NCBI GenBank assembly: GCA_965178125.1
Contig: OZ237742.1
Location: forward strand, 1,054,001 to 1,118,000
DNA length: 64,000 bases
Direction: 5' to 3'
DNA from: Bilabrum cf. latius
Lineage: Eukaryota
Made by a program: the position numbers and the translations under genes. Positions 52,301-64,000 of the stretch are shown piece after piece. Under the pieces are notes generated by a model. That model did not search any database, was not told the origin of the DNA, and saw nothing but the letters and a program-made list of their open reading frames with translations. Numbering within the stretch: position 1 is the stretch's first letter; each line of letters begins with the position of its first letter.

Positions 52301-54636
52301 GTCTAATTCTGAGCCACAGAAAGCTCCGTTGCAGCAAGCGAATTCACCTCGGGTCCGGCCTCTTCGTCTGCATCTAATTCCATGAGCTGCTTCATGCGAG
52401 CTTCGAGAATCCTTCTGGCAGCACGTAATGCACCCATCTCCCGCTCACGATCTATTTCGGGGAGCGCACCTTTGGCATGACCGGCTCCAAATTGATCGCG
52501 CAGTGTTGTATCCTGCGCGAGGTTGCTAGAGGAGCTGGTCCTTCGGATGACAACACCGTTGCTGTCATGCCCCGTGTGGTGGGTCTAATGAGAGGAATAG
52601 CGGGCGCTTCCATGGCCGTCCTGCTGTTCGTCACAGCCTCGAATGGTGCTGGTGTGACCATGCAGATGCGTGCTGCTATGAGACCGACGGACGCCGATCG
52701 AGGAGGAGGAAGGGAGATCACTGGAATCGCGGCGAGCAGATGAATCCTACTCGCCCTTCTCCAGCCCGCCCTACGCATCCTGACGAGCCCCGCTCGGAGC
52801 AGCGCGATGGCTGTGGTCCTGAGAGCGCTGCGGCAGCAGCTCGCTAGCTCGCGGTGCGCCGTGCTGGTGGTACCGTCTGGCCGCAGCTGCAGCCCGCCGG
52901 TGAGACTCCTGCTGCATCTCATGCCTGCTTGATACGGATACAAGGCGCCTGGCTGTAGCGACGCAATCGTTGTGATCAAGTCTGGAGCCGCCCTCGCCCT
53001 CGCCCTCTGCCTTCTTTGCTAATGGAGACTCCCCGCCCGCGCTCGCCGACCGGAGCCTGACTCCTGCAGCGCCAGACCTATCAGATATGCTGGACACTAC
53101 CGCGTTCAACGCGGGCGCGTGAACAGGAGCAGGCAGCGATGAGTGTGGGCGTGCCAATGCTTCGTGCTCGCTGGCAGAGCTCGAGGCGGGTCTCGATTCC
53201 GCTGGGAAATCACCCGGTGTAGCACGCTGGGAGCCCGGCTGCGCACTTATCACTCGCTGCATGTCTGCTGGCATGTGCTCGCGGCTTCGGGATGACGGTA
53301 CCGCTGATTGGCTCCTCTTTCCACCATGCGTGTGCCGTTGGCGACGCAGCCTACGCCCCTGTCGCTTGTGCCGCTGATGCTGCCAACGCGTGTCTGCACC
53401 AACACCCTCTTGCAAACCTGAATGCGGGTGATTCTTGCGCAAAGCTAGCCGAAGTACGTCTTCTAATGCACTGCCTTTCTGGTGCTGATGATACTTGGGC
53501 TGCTTGTACGACACAGCTGGAATGACCCCGCCGCCTGGCGTCGGTCTCTTGGGAGACAGCGGCGACGGCGTGCCAGGCGCATGCTGAGTCGCGCGCGTAA
53601 CTGGTTGTGCGGATAACACCACTGAGCTGTGCGGGGTGGGGCCTCGAGACTGAGAACCTCCACCTGAGCTGGCACTGGCACTGGCAGTAGAGCTTGGTGC
53701 TAGTTGCAAGCTATCGCCACCTTCAGCTGTGTCGATGGGGAGCAGGCGCGGCGGAGAAGCCGCCCCCTGGTTCGACGGTGTGACCAATCCACCGGTGGAT
53801 GGGCTCCTGCTGGCTTCGCCCGGGATGAAGAGCGGGCTCCCCGAGGGCAGGCCGAGCCGTGCGGCAGCCAGATCGTCGGGAAGCGCTACCGCGCCCCACT
53901 GGCTGCCTCGCATGGCGGCTTCTTCTTCGCACCCTGGGGTATTACTGGGCATTAATGTTACGTGCTGCAGGCCGGCTGCGCCGCCGCTGCCGAACGGGGC
54001 GAGCCCTGCCACTGGCGGGCCTAGGTCGAAGCCCTCGTTCGCCGCGGCAAGCAAAGGCGAGTGAGCTCTGCTCGACTCATCCTGGGTCGTGGGCGATTGA
54101 TTGCCGGGATCCTAACCACCGGAATAACTTGCATCCGATGAGTCTGAGTCCGAATCATCTAGCTCGAGCCCAGTCTCCTCGATTTTGACAAGCACAACCT
54201 GCCCGAAGCTGCCCTGTCCAAGAACTCGAACAACGCCGTACTGCCCAGCGCAAATCGGGCAGCGGCAAGTATGGCGCTTCTCTGATAGTGTGTTACGGAT
54301 GTGTATGAATCCAACAGCCGCGAAACAACAGACAGTAACTACAAGCACAACTGTCAGGCCAGTCACTGGGACCTGCACCAAGAATACACCTAGATTGCCC
54401 GCGAGTGCCATTTGACCCTATTCAGCCTGCTAACACGCCTGGGAGCTACCAGCATAGTTTTGGACAGAATGAGCATCAGTCTTCTGTGCCTCGCGGCTTG
54501 GATGGAGAGTTCGGAGTGCTTCCTGAAGTGCCGTTTCGGCTTCTTTGCTTGTAGCGGATGCGGCTGCAAGGCCGAATCGAGGCGCTAGCAAGGAAGCTAG
54601 TACTACTGTTACAACAGCACACCTCACCATTGACAT
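49363..54636 (-). CDS. Signal-peptide + single-TM NEK-like Ser/Thr kinase with a split N-lobe (~1,757 aa); TAG=Gln
   Basis: Seven track ORFs share one frame, joined by TAG. Order: signal peptide, TM, CRCPIC, YGVVRVLGQGSFGQVVLVK (~54185-54240), then VVVKMV..EEARELRRLEHRHVV (~50830), CIVMEYC, HRDVKLEN, DFG, GTAPYKSPE, DVFALG, MLDPEPQKRPSA; ends in TGA. Confidence 0.8.
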
Positions 54637-54703
54637 GTGTCGGTCGAATCAATGGGATAACTTAACAATTTGTGTTTCAAAACCACGGATCGAACGTCGC
54701 TCG

Positions 54704-57700
54704 TCACATGCCGGCTGGATTGGCAGCCGCCGTTGGGTCGGGTTTGCGACGCGCGGCAACGGCCATTTCCTGCTCGTCTCTGCGAGCGCAAGCATCCTTG
54801 ACAGCAGCTGCTAGAACCGCCTTGGGGCCTGCTATTGCGAGCACCTCGGCGGCATCTGCAGCCTCAGGCATCCACGGCGGGAAAATCGGGCGGAACGCTC
54901 CAGACGACAGCATCCACACGGGCTGCGACACGACAGCCACTGCCCACCCCATCTGTCGCAGTCCCTGCACTCTCTGTAGAAACGAAGGCAGTCGTTCCCG
55001 ACAGAATGCCTCGCTTTTCTCAATGGTTGAAACCGCCTCCAGAATCTCCCTGTCGGTAAAGGCGTTGGCCGCTGTTGCGCCGCTACCGGCCCAAGCACTT
55101 GCCTCGATGCTCGCCCCATCAGCCGCATTTCTACCTGCACCGGTACTAACGGCCTCGTCTGGTCGAGACTCTGCACGCACCGCCCCGCGGATGACACTTT
55201 CGACTTGATCATTCTCTTCACGTTCGCCGTCGCCTCCGCCACCGCCACGTCTATCCGAATTTAGATCCAATCGGGTCCTGAATCCCGCGAGCAACTTGAG
55301 CTGGTCCAGAGGGCGAGGCGCCTCCTCCCTCCAGTCGGGCACGAGAATCGCAACGCGGGACCGCGGCAGGGCGAGGTCCACCCACAGGCCCTCCGCCAGC
55401 AGCACGTCCTGCAGCACCCGCTCCCCCTACTGTTCTTCTTCTTCTGCTCCTTCTTCTTGTTCGTCACCCACCGAGCTCGTTGTAGGTAGGCTTGCAGCTC
55501 CCGCGTCAGCATCTTTTGCACCATCGAAAGTATTGGCTAATGATCCAGCACTGACATTAATCCCATCACCCGCATCGAACCCGTCTTGGGTGTTCGGATC
55601 GATGAAATCACCAAACACCTCAGCCCACGCGGAAGCAACACCGCTCGGGACACCTCCACCCGAGCGTGTGCTGTTTGGCTCGATCCCAGCCGTATGCGAG
55701 CGCGGGCCAATCCATTTGTTCATATCGCCAGCTCTGCTGCCCTGCTGTATTTCCCAGCCCTGTGTTAGACCATCGACCGGGCACTGGGCCGCACCTTCGG
55801 CTCGGAGCAGGTCATCTGCGGATAAGTCTCCGCTCTCACCCAGCAGCACCACGGGCTAACCGCCCTCATTGCCGGCATTCATATTGCTTTGCAAGCCAAG
55901 CCCGGCACGCTCGGTGGGCCACGCGCCCCGCAAGATCGCTTCAAGTCGGCGGCGCGCCGCGGCTGGTGGTGTCCCTGCTGGCAAGCCAGTGGCAGCGGGC
56001 CCCGAAGAAGCCACCGCCATGGCTGCTAGATCCCTAGGATGCGACAGCCCCATGCGATTCGCAAGGGCCAGCAGCCCAGTATCAGCAGCACCGCAAACGG
56101 TACTGCCGCTGGGACTGCTCCTGCCGCTATCGATAGCATCGTCTTCCAGCACAAGGCAGTGAAGAGCCTCTGCGATCCCCCGCATGGTATCTGCTCTCAC
56201 GCGAGAATCGGGCGCGACGCACTGCTGCATGTCCCTCGGTGTCGTGACCCATGTCTTCCCGGTAGCGCCAACGACACCGCCGCTGCCCTCACACCCGGAG
56301 ACAGACCAGGCAATCGGTTGGCCGAGCACTGACAAGCCCGGGTCGTTCACCCGAAGGCTGCCCACGGGCGCCACTACCCTCGTTGCGCCGTCTGCAGAGC
56401 CGCCCTGCTCCTCCAGCATGCGCTTTGCGGAGAAACGGTGCTGCTGCAGACGCGCCCCCAGCCCGCCCACCGCCTCTGCGGCAGCAAAATGCGGCGCGTT
56501 TTCGCCCAGCAGCTGCAGGGCACCCCTCGCCCCCTCGTCACCTGAGAGCAGAACCCCGAGGAAGCCTGCGTGGACGCGGCGCAGCGTGACAGGGCTGGCC
56601 CTGGCCAGGTCTTTCAGCTGGGCGTTTCCGATGGCATCTGCGACTGCAAACAGCGAGTCGTGAGACCCGCGCAGCCAGCATCTCGAGGCTGCGAGCCCCG
56701 CGAGGCATGCGGCGAGATTCCCGAGAGACATGCCGCCTGCCATTTTTTCGTGCTGCTTTCGCTTGGCAGCCGGCATGGGCTTGCGGCCCGGCACCCGGCT
56801 GTCGCTCTGGCCCCACTCTTGGCTGCTGCTCTTCCCCGTGCTTTTGCGCTGCCTGCGAGCAGCGCGCACGCTCACTCGAAGCGCGTCATCTGCGGCTAGG
56901 GCAGCCGCCCCCCTGCCTCGCACCAGGATCTCGGCATCGAGCGCCCTCCATGCTGCCTCTACGTGCCTGTGCAACGAACGCGCGATCACAAGGCTGCCAG
57001 ATGCTCCTTCCGATCGGGTCTCGCTCTCCCGCTAGCTCCTTTGGGCCGAGGCCGACTTGGCAGCCGGTACTGCTGCCTCGACAGAAGGCAGCTCGCACGG
57101 TCTGTCAATCGTTGAAAGGGCAAGAGCCGCTTTCCCGAGGGAAGCGTGGGTCAGGTGGGGCACCCACTGGGGGATCGCATCGATCAATCGGGCCCTCAGC
57201 TTGGGCAGCTGGATGGGACACAAGAGGACTGCCTCCAGCAAAGCCACCCCTGTGTCTGGGCTCAGCCGCTTGACCTCGCCTGCGCTTTGTGCCAAGAACA
57301 TCTCGAGAGACACGATCGCATCCAGCTCCCGGCTGACCTGCTGCGACAGGAAGAAGCCGGGGGAGGAATCATCCGTGCCTGCGATGTATTCTTCTGTGCC
57401 GCTCTTCCCGCCGACTCCGCGGTCAAGTCCTGAGACGGTGACCGGAGACACCAGCATGCCACTTCGAATCAGCTCGAGGGCCCGCGACTCGGTAAAGGCG
57501 CCGTGCTGCCGCATGCCCTGCACCAGTGCCACGGCAAGCGTAGCGCTTGCTTCGGGTGGGGGTCCTCGCTTGCTTGCCGATCCACTGCCACGGCTGTCTT
57601 CAAAGCAGTCTAGAGCGACATCGACTAGCGCGGGGCAGGCGAGACCAGCCTGCTTCACTGCCAGCAAGGCGTGGCTAGCCTGCGCTAGTGTGAGCCTGTC

Positions 57701-59431
57701 GCGGGACCCGGAGCTAGATTGCCTTGCCGTCTTGTCGCCGTTCGATGGTCGACCGGCGACAGCACTGCCGTGCTCCGCGATAGAATGCATGCGTCTCTGC
57801 AGCCGACTGATGCACGCGCTCAGTGCACTCAGCCACTGCACCGACTATGTCCTCTTCACTCTCACGGCTGCTTCATCGCTGCCGGCATCGCTAGAGGCCA
57901 TGCCCGCGGGTTTCTTCCTCTCCCTCTGCAGCCGCTTCTCTCTCATTGACTGCTCCCACGACCGACCCAGGTCACGCACCACTGCCCTCTCGCCCATCCC
58001 CTCGCACAGCCCGATGACAAGCCGACACAGGGTGTTTGCATCTGGGTGCACCTCAGGCAGGCCCTTTACTAGATCCAAGGAATCCAGGACTAGGGCGGCT
58101 CCATCCTGCTCTGCTAGCCCGACCCTTCCCAGTGCCTGCAGGCACTGCAGTGCGCCCACCCACGGCCAGTCAGGAATCGTGCGAGGCGCGCCTTCACACA
58201 AAGATGTTGCACTCCCTGTGGCGGACCTAAATTCCAGCTGCATGGCTTGCCCGAACCGACCCACCACCTGCCGCACCATGGCCTTACGCTGGGACTCTGG
58301 CAGCGCCGTAGGTGCCACTGCCGCGGCATACGCCACGTGCCCCAGCTGGTTCATGTCTAGCTCAGTCAAGCGGCGGAGAGCACCCTGATGATTGACCTAC
58401 GACGATTCATATGACAGCACCCCGCCCGGGGGCGATCCGCCCTCGGGGGTATTCCCCCCGGCGGGCTGTGGCACCACCCCAAGCGAACTGAGCAGCCTCG
58501 CAAATGCACCCCCCCTGGCCCCCCTGGCCGTGCTTGCCAGCCACAGTGCACGTGCCGCCTGGGATGGAGTCAGGAGACCGCGTTCTGCGGCTCGTGCGGT
58601 CACGTTGAGGTTCTACTGCAGGGTGCCTGGGAGCAGGACATTCCGGAAGGTTCGCTGGGACAGCTCAACTGTGCAGGCGAGGTGCTTCGCTGCCAGCAGG
58701 CCGATCCCTGGTACCAGCGGGCTCTTGGGAGGCAGACCTGGCTTAGAGGCCGTATAAGCCTCCGTAGGATTAGAACGGGATGCATCGCTTGCTCGTGTTG
58801 ATCCATCTGCGCCCGTGGCTCTGGTGCTCGGCTCCTGCTCAGCTGCTGGTTCAGACGCTGCGTCCATGCGTGCCTGCAGCTGCTGGCCAAGTCCACTGAC
58901 GGCAGCAGCAAGCTGTCGCACGAGATCACGACGAGTACTTAAGTCTATTTGCACGCGATTGATTGACCTGGTGAGCCGGCGAATGTGCCCTGACAGCTTG
59001 CAGCAAGTGTCGACGGGCAGCCTGTGTCGGCCAGTACCCTTTATTGCATTGCAAGCAAGCTGAACAGAGCTGCATAGGTCACCAAGCAAACGATTCTGTT
59101 TTAAACGAACCAGCTTGTTTCGCTAAGGGGAGCTAGCGGACGGCCCCTATTGCGCGGACGATACTGCCGCCTCCAATTGGTCTCCGAGCAACTGCAACCG
59201 CTGCAGCACCTTTGCAGCTTGCGGTCCATGCCGCCGCCCCCCTCTTGCATGCACTGTTGTCCCCGAGCTTCTACGAATCTGGTGCGTATTGGAAGCCCCG
59301 CTGCTTTGGCAATGATGCACAGTCCGAAAGCAGCAGCGGCAAGCTTTAGATGCCACGACACGGTACATTTGAAGCCACACGCGAGGCCCCGTTTGAGGTA
59401 GGCGAGGTGCTAACCTTAAAAAGTGCTGCAT
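54704..59431 (-). CDS. Putative mitochondrial helical-repeat protein with C-terminal RAP domain (FASTK/OPR-RAP-like, ~1,575 aa); TAG=Gln
   Basis: Eight track ORFs share one frame, joined by TAG. Arg-rich, acid-free N-terminus MQHFLRLAPRLPQ; helical repeats (LDMNQLGHVAYAAA, MSLGNLAACLAGLA); RAP-like EGLWVDLALPRSRVAILV...GLRQMGWAVAVVSQPVW. Confidence 0.65.
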
Positions 59432-59734
59432 TGTACAATTTGAGAGCGATACACTGCAATATGACCGCAAACATGCCCAAAATGCTTTTTCGCATGCACC
59501 GCATTGGTGTGCTCCGGTAGTGCTCCAGCGGTTGCTTGCAATCCTGAAGCATGGCAGCCGCTGCAGGTGATGGAAAGCCTAAGGCAGTGATTGTGAGATT
59601 ATAATCTACGGTCTGCTTGGTATTTACGCTGCTTTATGCCCTTGACGCTCTCCAATATCGCACCATTGACGAGCTTGTTGCTGAAACGCCATTGGTTGGT
59701 GTGGCACACGAATTGCAATCTCACCCTCTCAACT

Positions 59735-60832
59735 ATGGGCACTGTTCTTGTTCCCGTGCAGACTTCAGCAGCTGGAGACGAAGTCACAGCTTTTTCTAAG
59801 GATGAGTTCCTCGCTATGTTCAAGGGGATCTCCGACGAGCTAACGACCGGCACCATGCCGGCGTACGAAATGCCTAAGGATGCTGTTGAATGGGTGTAGC
59901 GCGCATTAGATTACACCGTCCCTGGCGGCAAGCTGAACCGTGGCATGACGGTAGTGCACACGCTGCAGGCCATCAAGGGCAAGGAGGCGACGGCCGAGGA
60001 GATCCGGCAGGCAGGCCTGCTCGGCTGGATGGTGGAATGGTTGCAGGCGTTCTTCCTGATCGCAGATGATGTTATGGATTCCAGCGTGACGCGTCGCGGC
60101 AAGCCTTGCTGGTATCGCCAGGAGGAGGTCGGCATGATCGCCATCAACGATGCGTTCATCGTGCAGAGCCACATCTACATTCTGCTCAAGAAGCACTTCA
60201 GATCCCACCCGCAGTACGCCCTGCTTTTGGAGCTCTTCACGGAGACCACTTGGCAGACCGAGATGGGCCAGCTGATCGACCTGATCACGTGCCCCCCTCA
60301 CTCAGACAAGGTGGACCTCTCCCGCTTCACCGCGGAGAGGCACCACCTCATCGTCAAGTACAAGACGGCTTTCTATTCATTCTACCTGCCTGTGGCCCTG
60401 GGCCTCGTGGTGGCGGGCAAAGCCTCGGACGAGAGCCTGGAGGCCATCCGGCCCATCCTGCTGGACATGGGGGAGTACTTCCAGGTGCAGGACGATTACC
60501 TGGACTGCTTCGGGGATCCCAAGGTGATCGGCAAGGTGGGCACGGACATTCAGGACAACAAGTGTTCCTGGCTCGTGGTGCAGGCCAAGGAGCTTGCCAA
60601 CGAGGAACAGAAGGAGCTGCTGCAAGGCAGCTACGGCCGGAACGACCCCAAGTGCATCGAGGCCGTCAAGGCGCTCTACGCAGACATGGGACTTGTGGGC
60701 GTCTACGAGAAGTACGAGGCCGAGTGCCACGAGCGCATCACAGGCGCCATCAAGAAGGCTGGGGAGGAGGGGAAGGTGCCCCCGCAGGTGTTCGAGCTGC
60801 TGCTCGCAAAGATCTTCAAGCGGTCCAAGTGA
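59735..60832 (+). CDS. FPPS: Farnesyl diphosphate synthase (365 aa); one in-frame TAG
   Basis: EWV[TAG 59897]RALDYTVPGGKLNRG, FFLIADDVMD, RRGKPCW, GQLID, YKTAFYSF, FQVQDDYLD, GKVGTDIQDNKCSW, KIFKRSK-TGA. Confidence 0.96.
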
Positions 60833-61376
60833 GCTGGGGGGTAATCGAAGTATGGAGCAAACATGGGTGGAATGTGGGCAACAGCTTAATTGTGCTCCTG
60901 CTAGTGAAGGGGGGGGGGTGGCTAGCTGGGCGATGAGAGCGGGGGACCCCGGTGCGTCCGGGTCGCTGGCTCCTGCCCGCACCGAGCTGATAGGATCAAG
61001 TGGTGGGTCATGGCAGGGAGATTTCCTTGGTCGCGAGGGGTTTCGCTGGTCGCAGGCTTACGCCTGCGTCTTCTCTGCGCCCCCTCCTGTCTGTCTAGAG
61101 GTCTCTTGTGGGTCGTGACCCTCGGTCTTGATCTTGGTTTGTGTGCGTCTGTGTGTAGACAAAGAACAATTCGAAGAATGCAAGTGCGTGTGTGCCCCGG
61201 GTAAGAGGCATACGCTCGGTGCGTATTCTGCAAGCTGAATTTTCGATTTCAAGTCGAGAACGATCTCTTGTGACCTGGGGCCTCGCTGTGCATGGGCGGC
61301 AGCACCCCGACCGACCGGCTGGTTCTGGCCTTCTCATATGAGAACCAGCGCCGCCGCCGCCTCGACCTCCCACGTT

Positions 61377-62195
61377 TCAAGCGGGACATGACTACAAGTA
61401 CGAATTGAAGTCGAATTTCTCGGGCTCCTTGTTGAAGGTCCTGACCAGCTTTGGCTCCTTGAGGTAGTAGTGGGAGAGCAGCCAGAGCAGCCGCCTCGCT
61501 TCGTCCTTCGTCAGGTGCGCGCTGAAATCTCCACGCACCAGCACCAGCCCTTTCTTGTCCTGGAAATCCTCGTGAAAAGCCACTGCCATGTAGGGCTCCG
61601 CGTTGTTCGGGTCCTTCCTGTAGTCTTCCAAGTAGGTGAAGATGCAGTAGTTATCCTGGAACTGGCTCAGAACCGTAAAGAACTTCCCGTCCCCCTTCTG
61701 CACGGGAAACACAAAGTATGGAAACTTCTTTGCCTCAGCTTTCCAGCCTTTCCAGGTCTCCGTATCGACTACCATACCACAGGCATCTCGTCGTTCGATA
61801 TGGTGCTTCTTCCAGATCTCGAAGATTTGTTCAGGCGGCTCCCGCTCGAGCAACGCGTACTTAATAATTTGCTCCAATCGCCTGGGCGCAGGAAACGAAA
61901 AGCCAGGCATGTACTTCGCGCCCTACGTAATGTACGGGTGAGCCCTATTGGTCTTGATGCTCGGCTAGGGGTTCTCCATCACTGTGGCACTGCTCCCTCC
62001 AGAAGCAGAGCCACTCGATTCAGAGCTAACGAACGGTGTGCTGTGCACTGAACGCGCAAGCAACGTGTGCGTGCCGCCACTTGTTGGCACGATCGGGGTT
62101 GCGGATGCAGCAACTGACTACAGCGAGGCAAAGACGGGCAGCTGGCGCAGCTGCGGCCTACACAAGCTAGATTGTCGCAATAATCGCCCAAGCAT
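61377..62195 (-). CDS. ATP11: Mitochondrial F1-ATPase assembly factor ATP11 (272 aa); TAG=Gln
   Basis: Transit-peptide-like MLGRLLRQSSLCRPQLR; PRRLEQIIKYALL, IFEIWKKHH, FPYFVFPV, FTYLEDYR, KGLVLVRGD, VRTFNKEPEKFDF. Reading TAG as sense extends both ends; stops at TGA 61377. Confidence 0.88.
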
Positions 62196-62292
62196 ATCCC
62201 TAGGAACGCAAATCTGCAGCAAGTATGGCGCAGTATGCGGTTTTGATGGTTTGCCTGCATTCTTCCGGTTTTTTGTCCAGCCGTTGCGACCA

Positions 62293-64000
62293 ATGCGGGC
62301 GACCTCGAACCCTGGTTTCTGCGTCCAGTAGCCGCTCTCAAGAGCGGTGATACGAATGTAGTATGATTCCTCCGAAGAAACATTTCCACATGGTAACCTG
62401 GAGGAAGACTCTGGGAGGGGTATCCTTGCGTACTCCGCTGCCAGGCAGCTTCGCGAGCAGGCCAAGCGAGACTGGGTGCGCGGGGCGATGAACCGTGTGT
62501 TTACTTTGGTCGGATAGGGAAGAGCTATTGATCAGGAGCAGGATTTTCTTCGATTTTTCCTCTGCTGTGTCACAATACTATCCGTGGTGATGACTGCCAG
62601 TGAAACCCTCGTCAGGATGCACGACGCCAGGTCAACTCTATGCCCAGAGCTCGCCGCAGACCCAGCCTCCCCAGGCAACGCGTCCGTCGCTGTACTTGAG
62701 TCCGAGTGTGATAGTCGCGTGAGCGGCGTGCAGTGGTGGTGGCCGTCGGCAGAAGTGCCGATGCACGAGCTGCTCAGGGTTGCGTTTGCGGTAGAAGTGC
62801 TCTTCACGGTAGTTGCGCTGATCGAGTACGCCTTGCGAATATGGTCCAGCCCAGTACTGTTTGATAGTAGATTCGACATTTCTGCAAACCGCGCGGCGCT
62901 GCTCTCGGCGACGCACCTTAAGCGCTGGTGCAAGTGCTACGACATGCGGTGGTGGTGCGCTCTGCGGTGCTCCAAGTGGTGCGGCCCGTGGTGCTCGGTC
63001 CGCTGGTTCGCGCCCGTTTCATGGAACGAACTGGTCCGACCCGGCGCCTTCGTCGCGCTGTCTCCGCCGCAGACGAGCCTTCTGATCAAGTCGGAGGCGG
63101 AGCGGCTCATCACCGAGGGGGCCGGCCTGCCAGTGGGTGAGTATGACGAGAGCCTTCAAGTTGGGGCAGGGGGTCCCGGGATCGGGATCGGGGACAAGGC
63201 GGCCGGGTCGTCCACGACCACCCGCCCGATTGCTATCCCCAGCAGGAGTGTGACGAGTGGGAGGCGCCGGGACTCCCATCTCGGCCCGGAGGCGCGGAGG
63301 GCGCTGGTGGCCCAGATCACCGGAGTGAAGGATGAAGATAGCGACGGAACTGGCAGCGAGTCTGAGCGGAACCGCGGGGGGTCCATCAGCGGCGGCGGAG
63401 GGAACAATCCCAGCAGCCGGTCGGAGTGGGTGGTGGTCGAGGCCAAGGAGAAGGCGAGCGGGAGCAGCCTGGCGCGTCTCAGGGGCCAGGAGCAGGTTCT
63501 CCACAGGGGGGCGGCTCCGAGTCCCGTGCAGAGAGCCGTTGAGATGGCGACCGCGGCGAGGATCCAGGAGGCCTTGCAGAGGGCGGGGGACCGGACCGGT
63601 GGCGGTGTGACGAGTGCGAGGCGCGCCCCTGGGCTGTCTCGGGAGGGCTCGAGGAGGCGCTCCACGATGCCTCCCAAGCAAGGGGGCGCTCTGCTGGGCT
63701 CTGGTGGCTCTGGCGGCGGTGCGGGGGCGGGCGGCCAGGGTGCCTCAAGTGGGCGGGGCGGTGCTGTGGGCAGGGGTTCCAGGCTGCAGGCGGGCACGGG
63801 GTCCCAGGAGGAGCTTACTGGGGAGGTGCGGGAGGCGGCTGCGGCTGCTGCTGCGGGGACTGCGGCGAGCGGCGGCAGCAGCAGCGCCACGACGGCGAAT
63901 CCGCTGCTGGGTCGATCGGCCAGCGATGGGCACCGCGGCGATGGAACACATCGAGGCGGTAACGACCCCTGGAACGAGGTCCCCGCTTTGACCAGTGGAC
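62293..64000 (+). CDS. Probable voltage-gated ion-channel-type protein, 5' part (S1-S2 then long low-complexity loop); 3'-truncated; start 62293 or 62356
   Basis: Not in the ORF track because it runs off the window. Frame 1 is open to 64000 apart from TAG. S1-like FLRFFLCCVTILSVVMTASETL and S2-like AVEVLFTVVALIEYALRIWS. Confidence 0.6.

Noticed and set aside
1-64000. Pyrrolysine or occasional stop read-through as the explanation for TAG
   Set aside because: TAG is too frequent (~35 in one gene, consecutive runs) and swaps with CAG/CAA; no pyl genes are present and the DNA is eukaryotic.
1-64000. Suppressor tRNA(CUA), rRNA, transposon or endogenous virus
   Set aside because: No cloverleaf, transposase, reverse transcriptase, capsid or terminal repeats recognised by eye; a tRNA could be missed without a covariance search.

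Overview
GC-rich, gene-dense eukaryotic (protist-like) nuclear DNA with short GT-AG introns (about 100-125 nt). Its defining feature is a non-standard genetic code: TAG is read as sense, almost certainly Gln, while genes end in TGA. The supplied ORF track splits genes at every TAG; re-reading with TAG=Gln gives 16 coherent genes. The centre (15.6-46.1 kb) holds three tandem ~3,000-aa paralogues, each with TM cluster, degenerate cyclase-like domain, second TM cluster, second degenerate cyclase-like domain, then a Ser/Thr kinase with a 458-568-aa activation-segment insertion. The paralogues share a mosaic of near-identical nucleotide tracts. Other genes encode a myristoylated ankyrin/U-box ligase, a tandem-SCP2 peroxisomal protein, a GxGYxYP-like secreted protein, an RPxSA-repeat protein, DUF4419, an acylated AGC kinase, a TM NEK-like kinase split by ~1,100 aa, a RAP-domain protein, FPP synthase, ATP11, a partial ion channel and two unknowns. 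All translations and alignments were done by eye and no database was searched. Several start codons are uncertain and the organism cannot be named from this window.
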